A stretch of 64,000 nucleotides of DNA from Alphaproteobacteria bacterium (GTDB lineage: Bacteria; Pseudomonadota; Alphaproteobacteria; UBA828): the NCBI GenBank assembly GCA_965237415.1, contig CBDEFM010000002.1, forward strand, positions 736,001 through 800,000, read 5' to 3'. The notes under the pieces were generated by a model, which saw only the letters and a program-made list of their open reading frames with translations, was not told where the DNA came from and ran no database searches. Below are positions 48,687 through 58,055 of the stretch, in pieces. A program made the position numbers and the translations under genes. Numbering within the stretch: position 1 is the stretch's first letter; every line of letters starts with the position of its first letter.

Positions 48687-49817
48687 ATGGCTGACGCCCA
48701 CCGGACCCGCCGGCTCGCCCATATCGACTGCCCCGGCGGCGGGCAGGTCTGGGTCGACGGCACCACGCTCTATATCGGCCACATGCGCTGGCCGTCGGGG
48801 ACCACCATCGTCGACGTGGCCGACCCTGCGAACCCGCGCACGCTCGCCCGGATCGAGCTGCCGGAGGGCTGGCACTCGCACAAGGTCCGCGCCGCAAACG
48901 GCGTGATGCTCGTCAATCACGAGCGCCTCGGCGGCGGGAACGGCGCCGACGGGTTCGGCGGCGGGCTCGGCATCTACGATGTCTCGAACCCCGAGAAGCC
49001 GCAGCTCATCACCAAGTGGCGCACGGCCGGCAAGGGCGTGCACCGCTTCACCTTCGACGGGCGCTACGCCTACATCTCACCGACGGTCGAGGGCTACGTC
49101 GGCAATATCGCGATGATCCTCGATCTCGCCGATCCGACGCAGCCTGAAGAGGTGGGCCGCTGGTGGATTCCCGGCCAATGGCAGGCGGGCGGCGAGGAGT
49201 ATCCCTGGGCCGACTGGGTGGCGCCCCGCTGCCATCATCCGCTCCGGCTCGGCGACCGGCTCTATGTGAGCTATTGGCACCACGGCCTCTTCATCCTCGA
49301 CATCGAGGACATGACGCGGCCGAAACACATCGCGGGCGTCAACACCAGCCCGGCCTTCCCGCACCCGACCCACACCTGCCTGCCCTTTCCGCACCGGCTC
49401 AAGGGCCGGCACATCATGGTGGTGGCCGACGAGGACGTGGCGAAGCTCTGGCCCTCGCCGCCGGCCTTCGCCTGGGTCTACGACATCACCGACGAGCACT
49501 GCCCGATCCCGATCAGCACGATCCACGTCGACGGCGTCGATCAGGACGGCAGCCCCCAGCCCGACATGACCGGCTGCCATCAGCCTTCGGACAGGTTCGT
49601 GGGCGATGTCGTGCCCTTCGCCTGGTTCGCGCAGGGGCTCCGCCTCGTGGATGTGTCCGACCCGTTCGCGCCGTGCGAGGTCGCACGCTACGTCCCCGAC
49701 CCCCCCGAGGGGTACGAGCGCGCTTCCTCCAACGACGTGACGGTGGACGATCGCGGCCTCATCTACCTGATCGACCGCCAACGGGGCGTCGACATCATCG
49801 AGACGGACGCCCTCTGA
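48687..49817 (+). CDS. LVIVD-repeat beta-propeller protein
   Basis: Repeated IVDVADPANP / IYDVSNPEKP / ILDLADPTQP / LVDVSDPFAP; His-rich. Confidence 0.8.
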   Translation: MADAHRTRRLAHIDCPGGGQVWVDGTTLYIGHMRWPSGTTIVDVADPANPRTLARIELPEGWHSHKVRAANGVMLVNHERLGGGNGADGFGGGLGIYDVSNPEKPQLITKWRTAGKGVHRFTFDGRYAYISPTVEGYVGNIAMILDLADPTQPEEVGRWWIPGQWQAGGEEYPWADWVAPRCHHPLRLGDRLYVSYWHHGLFILDIEDMTRPKHIAGVNTSPAFPHPTHTCLPFPHRLKGRHIMVVADEDVAKLWPSPPAFAWVYDITDEHCPIPISTIHVDGVDQDGSPQPDMTGCHQPSDRFVGDVVPFAWFAQGLRLVDVSDPFAPCEVARYVPDPPEGYERASSNDVTVDDRGLIYLIDRQRGVDIIETDAL

Positions 49818-49912
49818 CCCACCGTGGCGTCTAATACTGATTCGGGCTAGGGTCGCGCCCGCTTGGCGGCCGAAACCGCCGGGTGCAGCGCGTAGATCAC
49901 GGCGGGAGCGCC

Positions 49913-51976
49913 ATGCGATTCGCGGTCGACACCGGGGGAACCTTCACCGACCTTGTCGTCGAGTCCGACGACGGGGGCCTGCGCATGTACAAGGCGCCGA
50001 CCACGCCGTCGGACCCGGTCGCGGGCGTGCTGGAAACGCTGGCCGGCGCCGCCGACGACTTGGGCGAGAGCCGCGAGGCCCTGCTCGGCCGCGGCGAGAT
50101 GCTGATCCACGGCACGACGCACGCGATCAACGCCATCGTCACCGGCAACACCGCCCGCACGGCCTTTCTCACGACCAAGGGCCATCCGGACGTGCTGGTG
50201 TTTCGCGAGGGCGGGCGGACCGAACCCTTCAACTTCACCGTGCCTTATCCCGAGCCCTATGTGCCGCGCTCTCTCACCTTCGAGGTGCCGGAACGCGTAG
50301 CCTATGACGGCAGCGTCACCGAGCCGCTCGACGAGGCGGGCGTCGTCGCGATCATCGAGGAGCTGAAGAGCCGGGAGATCGAGGCCGTCGGCGTCTGTCT
50401 GCTCTGGTCGATCGTGACCCCCGCGCATGAGCTTCGCGTCGGTGCGCTGCTGGAACGCCACCTGCCGGGTGTGCCCTATACGCTCTCGCACGTGCTCAAC
50501 CCCTCGCTCCGCGAATACCGCCGCGCGTCGTCGACCTGCATCGATGCCTCTCTCAAGCCGCTCATGGGCGACTATCTCGGCGGCCTGGAGTCGCGCCTGC
50601 GCGACGCGGGATTCGGCGGCCGGGTGCTGGTGGTCACGACCCAGGGCGGCGCCATGGATGCGGCCGACATGGCGCACGCCCCCATACACTCGATCAACTC
50701 AGGCCCGGCCATGGCGCCGATCGCAGGCCGCGCCTACGCCGAGGCCGACACCGGCGCCGACACCGCCATCATCGCCGACACCGGGGGCACGACCTTCGAC
50801 GTGAGCCTGGTGCGCGGCGGGCGCATTCCGTGGACCCGGGAGACCTGGATCGGCCAGCCCTACCGCGGCCATATGACAGGCTTCCCGGCGGTGGACGTGA
50901 AGAGCATCGGCGCCGGCGGCGGCAGCATCGCCTGGGTCGACGAGGGCGGGCTGCTCCATGTCGGGCCTAAGAGCGCCGGTGCCGTCCCCGGCCCGGTCTG
51001 TTACGGCGCCGGCGGCACCGAGCCGACCGTGACCGATGCCTCGGTGATCCTCGGCTGGATCGACCCTGCCTACTTCCTCGGCGGCACCATGGCATTGGAG
51101 ACCGAGGCCGCGGCGACCGCAATAGAGACCCATGTCGGGGGCAAGCTCGGCCTCTCGCTCCACGAGGCGGCGGCGGCCATGATGAGCGTCGCCACGGAGA
51201 ACATGGTGCACGCCATCGAGGACATCACCGTCAACCAGGGCATCGACCCGCGCGAGGCTGCCATCGTCGGCGGCGGCGGCGCGGCCGGTCTAAACGCCGT
51301 CGCCATCGCGCGCCGGCTTGGCTGTGCGCAGGTGATCCTGCCCGAGGTCGCGGCCGCTCTCAGCGCCCACGGCGCCCTCATCTCGGAGCTCAGGGCCGAG
51401 TACAGCGGCACGCTCTACACATCCACCGGCGGCTTCGACTTCAACGGCGTGAACGCGCTGCTGGAGGAGCTGGAGGATAAGTGCCGGGCCTTCATCGAGG
51501 GGCCGGGCGCGGGCTCGCTGGAGCAGGTCGTGGAGTTCACCGCCGAGGCGCGCTATCCCAGCCAGATCTGGGAGATCGAGGTGCCGCTGCGCTCAGACCG
51601 GCTCGAGGACGAGCAGGCGCTTGCGGGCTTCATCGAGGACTTCCACAAGACCCACGAGGCGCTGTTCACGTTTGCAGACAGCGAATCGACCATCGAAACC
51701 GTCGGCTGGCGCGCCAACGTGCGCTGCCGTCTCAGGGACAGCATCAACCTGAGCGTGGAAAGCGCCGGCAGCGGCCCGGAGATCGCGCACAGCCGCTCGG
51801 TCTATTTCCCGGACACGGGCTTCGTCGAGGCGCGCGTGGTGCACTTCGATGGCATGGGTCCGGGCGAGACCGTGGACGGCCCGGCGATCATCGAATCGTC
51901 CTTTACCACCGTTGTGATCGACCCGGGGGCCAAGGCCGAGCGCCGACCCTCCGGCAGTCTCCTGATAACCCCCTGA
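49913..51976 (+). CDS. Hydantoinase/oxoprolinase subunit A
   Basis: VDTGGTFTD, HGTT, SGPA, DTGGTTFD, SIGAGGGS, SAGAVPGP. Confidence 0.92.
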   Translation: MRFAVDTGGTFTDLVVESDDGGLRMYKAPTTPSDPVAGVLETLAGAADDLGESREALLGRGEMLIHGTTHAINAIVTGNTARTAFLTTKGHPDVLVFREGGRTEPFNFTVPYPEPYVPRSLTFEVPERVAYDGSVTEPLDEAGVVAIIEELKSREIEAVGVCLLWSIVTPAHELRVGALLERHLPGVPYTLSHVLNPSLREYRRASSTCIDASLKPLMGDYLGGLESRLRDAGFGGRVLVVTTQGGAMDAADMAHAPIHSINSGPAMAPIAGRAYAEADTGADTAIIADTGGTTFDVSLVRGGRIPWTRETWIGQPYRGHMTGFPAVDVKSIGAGGGSIAWVDEGGLLHVGPKSAGAVPGPVCYGAGGTEPTVTDASVILGWIDPAYFLGGTMALETEAAATAIETHVGGKLGLSLHEAAAAMMSVATENMVHAIEDITVNQGIDPREAAIVGGGGAAGLNAVAIARRLGCAQVILPEVAAALSAHGALISELRAEYSGTLYTSTGGFDFNGVNALLEELEDKCRAFIEGPGAGSLEQVVEFTAEARYPSQIWEIEVPLRSDRLEDEQALAGFIEDFHKTHEALFTFADSESTIETVGWRANVRCRLRDSINLSVESAGSGPEIAHSRSVYFPDTGFVEARVVHFDGMGPGETVDGPAIIESSFTTVVIDPGAKAERRPSGSLLITP

Positions 51977-51992
51977 TCGAAGGAGGCAAGCG

Positions 51993-53771
51993 ATGGCAAG
52001 GAACACACTGACTCTCAACGCCGACGGCACGCTGGACGGCGTGCAGATGGCGATCGTCAACAAGCGGATGGAGGCCATCTGCGCCAAGATGGCCAACACG
52101 TTGCTGCGCACCGGGCGGTCGGGCGTGCTCAACAGCGCGCGCGACTTCTCCTGTTGCATCGTGACCGCGGAGAACCGGCTGCTCACGGTCAACGAAAGCC
52201 TGCCGATCCACGTCCTGCGCGGCGCCGACATGATGTGCGAGTCGATGCAGGAATTTCACCCCGACCTCACGCGGGGCGACGCCTATCTCCACAACTCGCC
52301 CTATCACGGCTGCTCTCATCCCGCCGATCACACCACGCTGGTGCCGGTGCTGGACGACGAGGGCGTGCACCGCTTCACCATGGTCGCCAAGGCCCACCAG
52401 GCGGATTGCGGCAACTCCATCGCCACCACCTATCACGGCAGCGCGCGCGACGTGTACGAGGAAGGCGCGCTGATCTTCCCGGCTGTCCAGATCCAGCGGG
52501 ACTACGAGGACATCGAGGACATCGTGCGCATGTGCCGCTTGCGCATCCGCGTGCCGGACCAATGGTGGGGCGACTATCTGGCCGCGCTCGGCGCGGCGCG
52601 GATCGGCGAACGCGAGACTATGTCCTTCGGCAACGAGATCGGCTGGGACACTCTCGCCCAGTTTGCCGAGCAGTGGTTCGACTACAGCGAGCAACTGATG
52701 ATCGCTGCGGTGCGGAAGATGCCGGGCGGCCGGGCCGTGACCACGTCGATGCACGACCCCTTCCCCAATGCCGAGGATGGGATCCCGGTCAAGATCGTGG
52801 TCGATGTGGACCCGGAAGAGGCGATGATCGACATCGACCTCCGCGACAATCCCGACGCCATGCCCTGCGGCCTCAACCTGTCGCGGGCCTGCTGCGAGAG
52901 CACGCTGCTGCTCGGCGTCTTCAACAGCATCCCCGACGCGGTGCCAACCAACACTGGCTCCTTCCGCCGCGTGCGCATGCACCTTCGCGAAAACTGCGTC
53001 GCCGGCATCCCGAAGCACCCGACCAGCTGCTCGGTGGCGACGACCAATCTCGCCGACCGCGTGGGCAACGGGGTGAGCCGCGCCATCGCCGATCTCGGGG
53101 ACGGCTACGGCATGGCCAGCACCGGCTCGATCATCCCGCCCTCCCTCGGCGTCATCTCCGGCACCAGCGAGAAGACCAAGGGTGCCTACGTCAATCAGAT
53201 CTTCCTCGGCTGGGGCGGCGGGGCGGCGGGTGCCCATGCGGACGCGTGGCTCTCGATCGGCCATCTCGGCAACGCCGGCATGTCCTACCAGGATTCCATC
53301 GAGCTCGACGAGATGCGCTTCCCGCTCACGGTGCGCGGCCGTCACTTCATCACCGATTCGGGTGGCCACGGCCGCACGCGGGGCGGCGCCGGGGTCTATT
53401 GCGAGTTTGGGCCGACCGACGGCGATCTGGAGGTCGGCTATGTCAGCGACGGCAACGTCACGCCGCCCGAGGGCGCGCGCGGCGGCACTCCGGGCGGGCG
53501 GGCCGACCAGTTCCGGCGCGACGCCAACGGCGATCTCCATCATCTCGACCCCTGCGCCCAGGCGATCATCCCGGAGGGCCACACCATCGTCTCCTATTCC
53601 TGCGGCGGCGGCGGTTACGGCGCGCCGACAGAGCGGCCGGCGGCACAGGTGGCGATCGACGTGCGCGAGCGCTGGGTCTCGCCCGAGGCCGCTCGCGAGA
53701 CCTACCGCGTGGTTCTCGACGACGCCGGTGTCCTCGTCGAGGACGCGACTGCCAAGCTGCGCAACGGCTGA
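51993..53771 (+). CDS. Hydantoinase/oxoprolinase subunit B
   Basis: RDFSC, HNSPYHGCSHPAD, AHQAD.G, DSGG.GR.RGG, GGGGYG. Confidence 0.92.
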   Translation: MARNTLTLNADGTLDGVQMAIVNKRMEAICAKMANTLLRTGRSGVLNSARDFSCCIVTAENRLLTVNESLPIHVLRGADMMCESMQEFHPDLTRGDAYLHNSPYHGCSHPADHTTLVPVLDDEGVHRFTMVAKAHQADCGNSIATTYHGSARDVYEEGALIFPAVQIQRDYEDIEDIVRMCRLRIRVPDQWWGDYLAALGAARIGERETMSFGNEIGWDTLAQFAEQWFDYSEQLMIAAVRKMPGGRAVTTSMHDPFPNAEDGIPVKIVVDVDPEEAMIDIDLRDNPDAMPCGLNLSRACCESTLLLGVFNSIPDAVPTNTGSFRRVRMHLRENCVAGIPKHPTSCSVATTNLADRVGNGVSRAIADLGDGYGMASTGSIIPPSLGVISGTSEKTKGAYVNQIFLGWGGGAAGAHADAWLSIGHLGNAGMSYQDSIELDEMRFPLTVRGRHFITDSGGHGRTRGGAGVYCEFGPTDGDLEVGYVSDGNVTPPEGARGGTPGGRADQFRRDANGDLHHLDPCAQAIIPEGHTIVSYSCGGGGYGAPTERPAAQVAIDVRERWVSPEAARETYRVVLDDAGVLVEDATAKLRNG

Positions 53772-53926
53772 ACGCTGGGCGGGCCGATGCCCGCCATAAC
53801 CCCTCACGATAGGGTGGCGCGCAAGCGGATTCGCCATTGCGCCCCAGGGCGCTTGTTGAGACCATCCCGGGCAGGCAGGGACAACTCTGCGCGCGAACCC
53901 ACATTCCGTTAAGGAGGGAAAACTCA

Positions 53927-55306
53927 ATGGTCGAACGCAAGGAACAGGAACATCTGCTGCGCCAAGCCGCGCGCCGGCAACTGCTGCGTGGCGAGATCGA
54001 CAGGCGTCAGTTCTTGACCCGCAGCGTGGCCGCCGGCCTCGGCCTGGCGGGCGCGAGCGTGGTGGCGAACTATGGCTCCGGTAGCGCGTTCGCACAGGAG
54101 CGGCCGCTCACGCCGACCTTCTATCAGTGGATCGAGGACCTGCATCCCTCGATCCCGCAGGTCAATGAGCAGTTCCCCGACGTCAACTACCAGATCGCGC
54201 CGGTCGAGGGCTTCGGCATCGAGCGCTTCGTCGCCGAGGCGAAGAACGGGGAGAGCACCTGGGACGTCTATGTCGGCCAGACCCCCTTCGTGGAAATGAC
54301 CGCGATGATCGAGGCCGATGTCATCGAGCCTTGGGACCCCTACATTCCCGATGACGTGGTCGCCGACCTGATCCCAGCGATCCGCGACGAGTGCACCATC
54401 GACGGCAAGCTCTACGGCTGGCCCTTCCTGCTCGACGTCATCGGCATGGGCTGGCACTCGGGCATCACCGCAAAAGCCGGGATCGGCGATACACCGCCGC
54501 CGGCCACCTGGGACGAGTATCTCGCCAACGCCCAGATGGTGGTGGACAGCGGCGCTGCGCCCTTCGGCGCGACCTTCGACGCCCACGGCTGGCGTTCGCT
54601 CGCGCCCATGACCCACAGCCTGAACAGCGACGTTTACACCGACGACGGCCTCTTCGACTTCACCCACGATGCGGCGGTTGAAGCGTTGATGCTGATGAAG
54701 AAGATCATGGCCGTATCGCACCCCGACATCCTGCTCGCGGGCGCGACCGACGGCGGCGTTAACGGCACCCCTGACGAGGTCGCCTTTGCCGCCCAGCGCG
54801 TCGGCTATTACACCAAGTATTTCAATGCGCCGCTGCGTTTCGCTCAGTACTGGGATGAGCCGACGGATCTGAAGATGGCCGGGCTTCCGAAGTTCGCGGG
54901 CGGCGAGGGCTCGACCGTGTTCTGGACCACCGGCTGCGCGCTGTTCAAGCATGGCAAGAACAAAGAGCAGGTCGCCGAATACATCCGCGCGCTGACCTAC
55001 GACCGGCAGATCTGGCAGGACTCGATCGCCGGAACGGAGACGGCGCATCCCGGGCAGCTGCCGCCCTACAAGTCGATCTACACCGAGTGGGAGGCCGACC
55101 GGCCGGACTGGATGCCGGACTTCGTGGGGCTGGTCCGGGGCCAGCTCGATCAGGCCAAGGCAATCACCAACCACCTGCTGGGCCTGCAACAGTTCATCAT
55201 CGGCCAATCGACCTGGGAGACCTATCTCAAGGACGAGGAGCCCGATCCGCGCGTCGCCTTGCAGAACACCATGGATGCGGTGCGCGCCGAGCTGGACCGC
55301 GGCTAA
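53927..55306 (+). CDS. Tat-exported ABC substrate-binding protein (CUT1-like)
   Basis: DRRQFL twin-Arg signal; AAGGAGG SD; precedes two permeases. Confidence 0.85.
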   Translation: MVERKEQEHLLRQAARRQLLRGEIDRRQFLTRSVAAGLGLAGASVVANYGSGSAFAQERPLTPTFYQWIEDLHPSIPQVNEQFPDVNYQIAPVEGFGIERFVAEAKNGESTWDVYVGQTPFVEMTAMIEADVIEPWDPYIPDDVVADLIPAIRDECTIDGKLYGWPFLLDVIGMGWHSGITAKAGIGDTPPPATWDEYLANAQMVVDSGAAPFGATFDAHGWRSLAPMTHSLNSDVYTDDGLFDFTHDAAVEALMLMKKIMAVSHPDILLAGATDGGVNGTPDEVAFAAQRVGYYTKYFNAPLRFAQYWDEPTDLKMAGLPKFAGGEGSTVFWTTGCALFKHGKNKEQVAEYIRALTYDRQIWQDSIAGTETAHPGQLPPYKSIYTEWEADRPDWMPDFVGLVRGQLDQAKAITNHLLGLQQFIIGQSTWETYLKDEEPDPRVALQNTMDAVRAELDRG

Positions 55307-55321
55307 CGGCGTCGCCACCCT

Positions 55322-55354
55322 GGGGAAAGGAGCGCAGACACCGCTCCCTTCCCC
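55322..55354 (+). terminator. Intergenic stem-loop after the SBP gene
   Basis: GGGGAAAGGAGCG-CAGACAC-CGCTCCCTTCCCC; no U-tract, so possibly mRNA-stabilising. Confidence 0.5.
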
Positions 55355-55443
55355 GGCGCGTCGCGTACCGGCATTGACGCTCTTTTTCGTATCGCCCGCG
55401 GCGCGCACGCGTCGCGGGCTCCCCTAGCGTCGCGCGCAGGCCC

Positions 55444-56358
55444 ATGGCGCAGCGGTACACGTCGGCCAAAGCGATGCAGGACCTCAACACCTGGGTCCTG
55501 CTGGCCCCGGCGATCATTTTCTTCGTCGGATACCAGATCTACCCGATCATCCGGGTGGTCTGGATCAGCTTCACCGACTACGAGTTCCTGACCAACGAGC
55601 CGGCCAACTGGGTCGGCGTCGACAACTACATCGAGGCGTTCAACGACCCCTTGATGTGGACCAGCCTGTGGCGGGCGACGCTGTTCACGATGATGTTCCT
55701 GCCGGGAACCATCATCTTCCCGCTGCTGCTCGCGATCCTGGTGGACCGGGTCAGGGAGCCGGGGCTTGCGACTTTCTACCGCGTGGTGCTGCTGATTCCG
55801 GCGATCATCCCCAGCACGCTCGTCTTCGTGCTGTGGAAGTGGATGTACAACTACCAGGTCGGCCCCATCAATTTCCTCCTGGTGGAGGTGCTGGAGATCT
55901 TCACTTTCCACAACGCGCCGCAGTGGCTGGGCGGCACCCCGCTCACGCTGCCGTCGATCGCGATCATGGAAATCTGGTGGGGCCTCGGCTACCACGCCAT
56001 CTTCTTTCTCGCCGGCCTCGCGGTGATCCCCAAGGACCTGAACGAGGCGGCGCGGCTCGACGGCGCCAACGAGTGGCAGCTCTTCTGGCATGTGACGCTG
56101 CCGAGGCTCGCGCCCATCATGATGATCCTGGTGGTGCTGCGCTTCGGCACCTCGATGGCGGTGATCGACGAGTACCTGATCTTCGGCGGCTTCAACCGCG
56201 CCTCGCCGACCTACACCTGGACCGTCTTCATGTATGACCAGGCGTTCAAGATCGGCCTGTGGCGCCAAGGGTTTGCGGCGGCGATCGGCATGATCGGGTC
56301 GGTGGTGATGATGTTCTTCGTCATCATCCTGATCTACATCTTCAAGCCGCGGGACTGA
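55444..56358 (+). CDS. Carbohydrate-type ABC permease
   Basis: Multi-TM; EAA loop EAARLDGAN...HVTLP. Confidence 0.9.
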   Translation: MAQRYTSAKAMQDLNTWVLLAPAIIFFVGYQIYPIIRVVWISFTDYEFLTNEPANWVGVDNYIEAFNDPLMWTSLWRATLFTMMFLPGTIIFPLLLAILVDRVREPGLATFYRVVLLIPAIIPSTLVFVLWKWMYNYQVGPINFLLVEVLEIFTFHNAPQWLGGTPLTLPSIAIMEIWWGLGYHAIFFLAGLAVIPKDLNEAARLDGANEWQLFWHVTLPRLAPIMMILVVLRFGTSMAVIDEYLIFGGFNRASPTYTWTVFMYDQAFKIGLWRQGFAAAIGMIGSVVMMFFVIILIYIFKPRD

Positions 56359-56365
56359 GGGCACC

Positions 56366-57253
56366 GTGGCCACCCACGCCACCGCTCCCGCACCGTTCAG
56401 GCGACGACGCAGAAAACCCTGGCTCGTGCGCAATCGCGCCGGGCTCATTCGGCACGGCGTGATCGGCGTGTTCTGCCTGATCATCCTGCTGCCGCTGGCC
56501 TGGGTGCTGATGCTCTCGATCAAGTCGCTGCCCGATTCCATGCGCGGGCAGATCTGGCCGCGGAAGTTCGACTTCTCTCACTACGGTTACGTGTTCGACA
56601 AGATCGAGACGTTGCCCACCAACCTCTTCAACAGCGTCTACGTGACCGGCGCGACGGTGCTGATCACCACTGCCTGCGCGGTGCTCGCGGGCTATGCGCT
56701 CGTCCATGTGAAGCCGCGCGGCACCGGGATCATCGTCACGGTCTTTCTCGTCTCGCTCTACTTCCCCATCCGCGTGGTCTCGATCATCTCGATCTACGAG
56801 ATTCAGAACGCGCTCGACCTGATCAACAGCACGAGCGGACTGATCCTGCCGTACATCACGCTGAATCTGGCCATCAGCGTCCTCATCATGCGGGCAGTGT
56901 TCCAACTCGTGCCGCACGAGCTGATCGAGGCGGCGCGGATGGACGGCGCGGGCCACTGGCGCACGCTCTGGCTGGTCTGCTTGCCGCTGGTGCGCAACGG
57001 CCTGGTGGTGGTCTTCATCGTCAACTTCGTCACCGCCTGGGGCGAGTTCCTGCTGGGCACGACGCTGACCAACGACCAGGAGGTCCGCACCATGCCGGTG
57101 GTTCTCGCCGCGGCCCAGGGGGGCATGGGGCAATGGGCCTGGCCGCGCATCGCCGCCGTCTATGTCGTGGTCGTCGCGCCCGGCATCATCGCCTTCACCT
57201 TCGCCCAGCGGCTCTTCTTCAAGGGCCTGATGGAGGGCGTGACGAAGGGCTGA
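56366..57253 (+). CDS. Carbohydrate-type ABC permease
   Basis: Multi-TM; EAARMDGAG; FKGLMEGVTKG. Confidence 0.9.
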   Translation: MATHATAPAPFRRRRRKPWLVRNRAGLIRHGVIGVFCLIILLPLAWVLMLSIKSLPDSMRGQIWPRKFDFSHYGYVFDKIETLPTNLFNSVYVTGATVLITTACAVLAGYALVHVKPRGTGIIVTVFLVSLYFPIRVVSIISIYEIQNALDLINSTSGLILPYITLNLAISVLIMRAVFQLVPHELIEAARMDGAGHWRTLWLVCLPLVRNGLVVVFIVNFVTAWGEFLLGTTLTNDQEVRTMPVVLAAAQGGMGQWAWPRIAAVYVVVVAPGIIAFTFAQRLFFKGLMEGVTKG

Positions 57254-57459
57254 AGCGAGAGCACAAACGGGCGGGGGGAAGACGCGGTGCCGCAGGAGAG
57301 TTTTGAGAGTTTCTCGTAATACGTTGAAATATAACAAATATTTTCTTTCATTTTCTGAACGGCCCCACGTTCTTCCCACAGCGACGTCCAAGAGCAAATT
57401 CACCATAGACCTCCAGGGCGGCACATCCTACCTCATGTGCCCAAAAGTGGCGCTATCAG

Positions 57460-57760
57460 CAGGTGTCAGGATGCCGACGACTGCGACGCGCTGCGCACGG
57501 ACCCGCTAGCTGGCCTAGGGGAAGGCGCCGGAGAGCAGCCGCGACCTCTGATCCCTGCCGCCCGTGAGCCCACTGGAGAACGCACCGGCAGCGCGGTGCG
57601 CGGATAACGGGCGACCTTGGTCGATCTCCTCTGCCGCTCCTTCCCCGCCCCCAACCCGCGCCATCACGCTGGATATCCATGAAATCTGCGATACGGTGCA
57701 CGACTACCAGCGGCTCTCGCTCTGTTGTTCGGCGCCCGTTTTTGACCCTACGGATTCACG
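57460..57760 (+). pseudogene. IS1380-family transposase remnant
   Basis: Across frameshifts: QDADDCDALRTDPL / APESSRDL*S...LENAP / VDLLCRSFPAP / AITLDIHEICDTVH.YQRLSL. Confidence 0.7.
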
Positions 57761-58055
57761 CTGTATCAACGAGTTAGCACGCCGATCAGCGTCCAATCTA
57801 CGCGCCGATCAACACTCACCATCGGCCAATCCAAGCTTTGAGGCACAAAAGTGCGAGTGTGCCACTTGAAGAATAGCGCCACAATGCCATCTACGGAATA
57901 TGACCAAGAATCATCGTGCAGTCGCCCTTCTATTGGCGGCACAACCTGTGCGCCGAATAACGCCCAAACGCTCAGCCTGACAAAAATCCCTCGATCCGAA
58001 CAGGCGGCCTACACCGGATGGATACGTCGTAGGTGCCGTCGACTACGTCTTCCGC

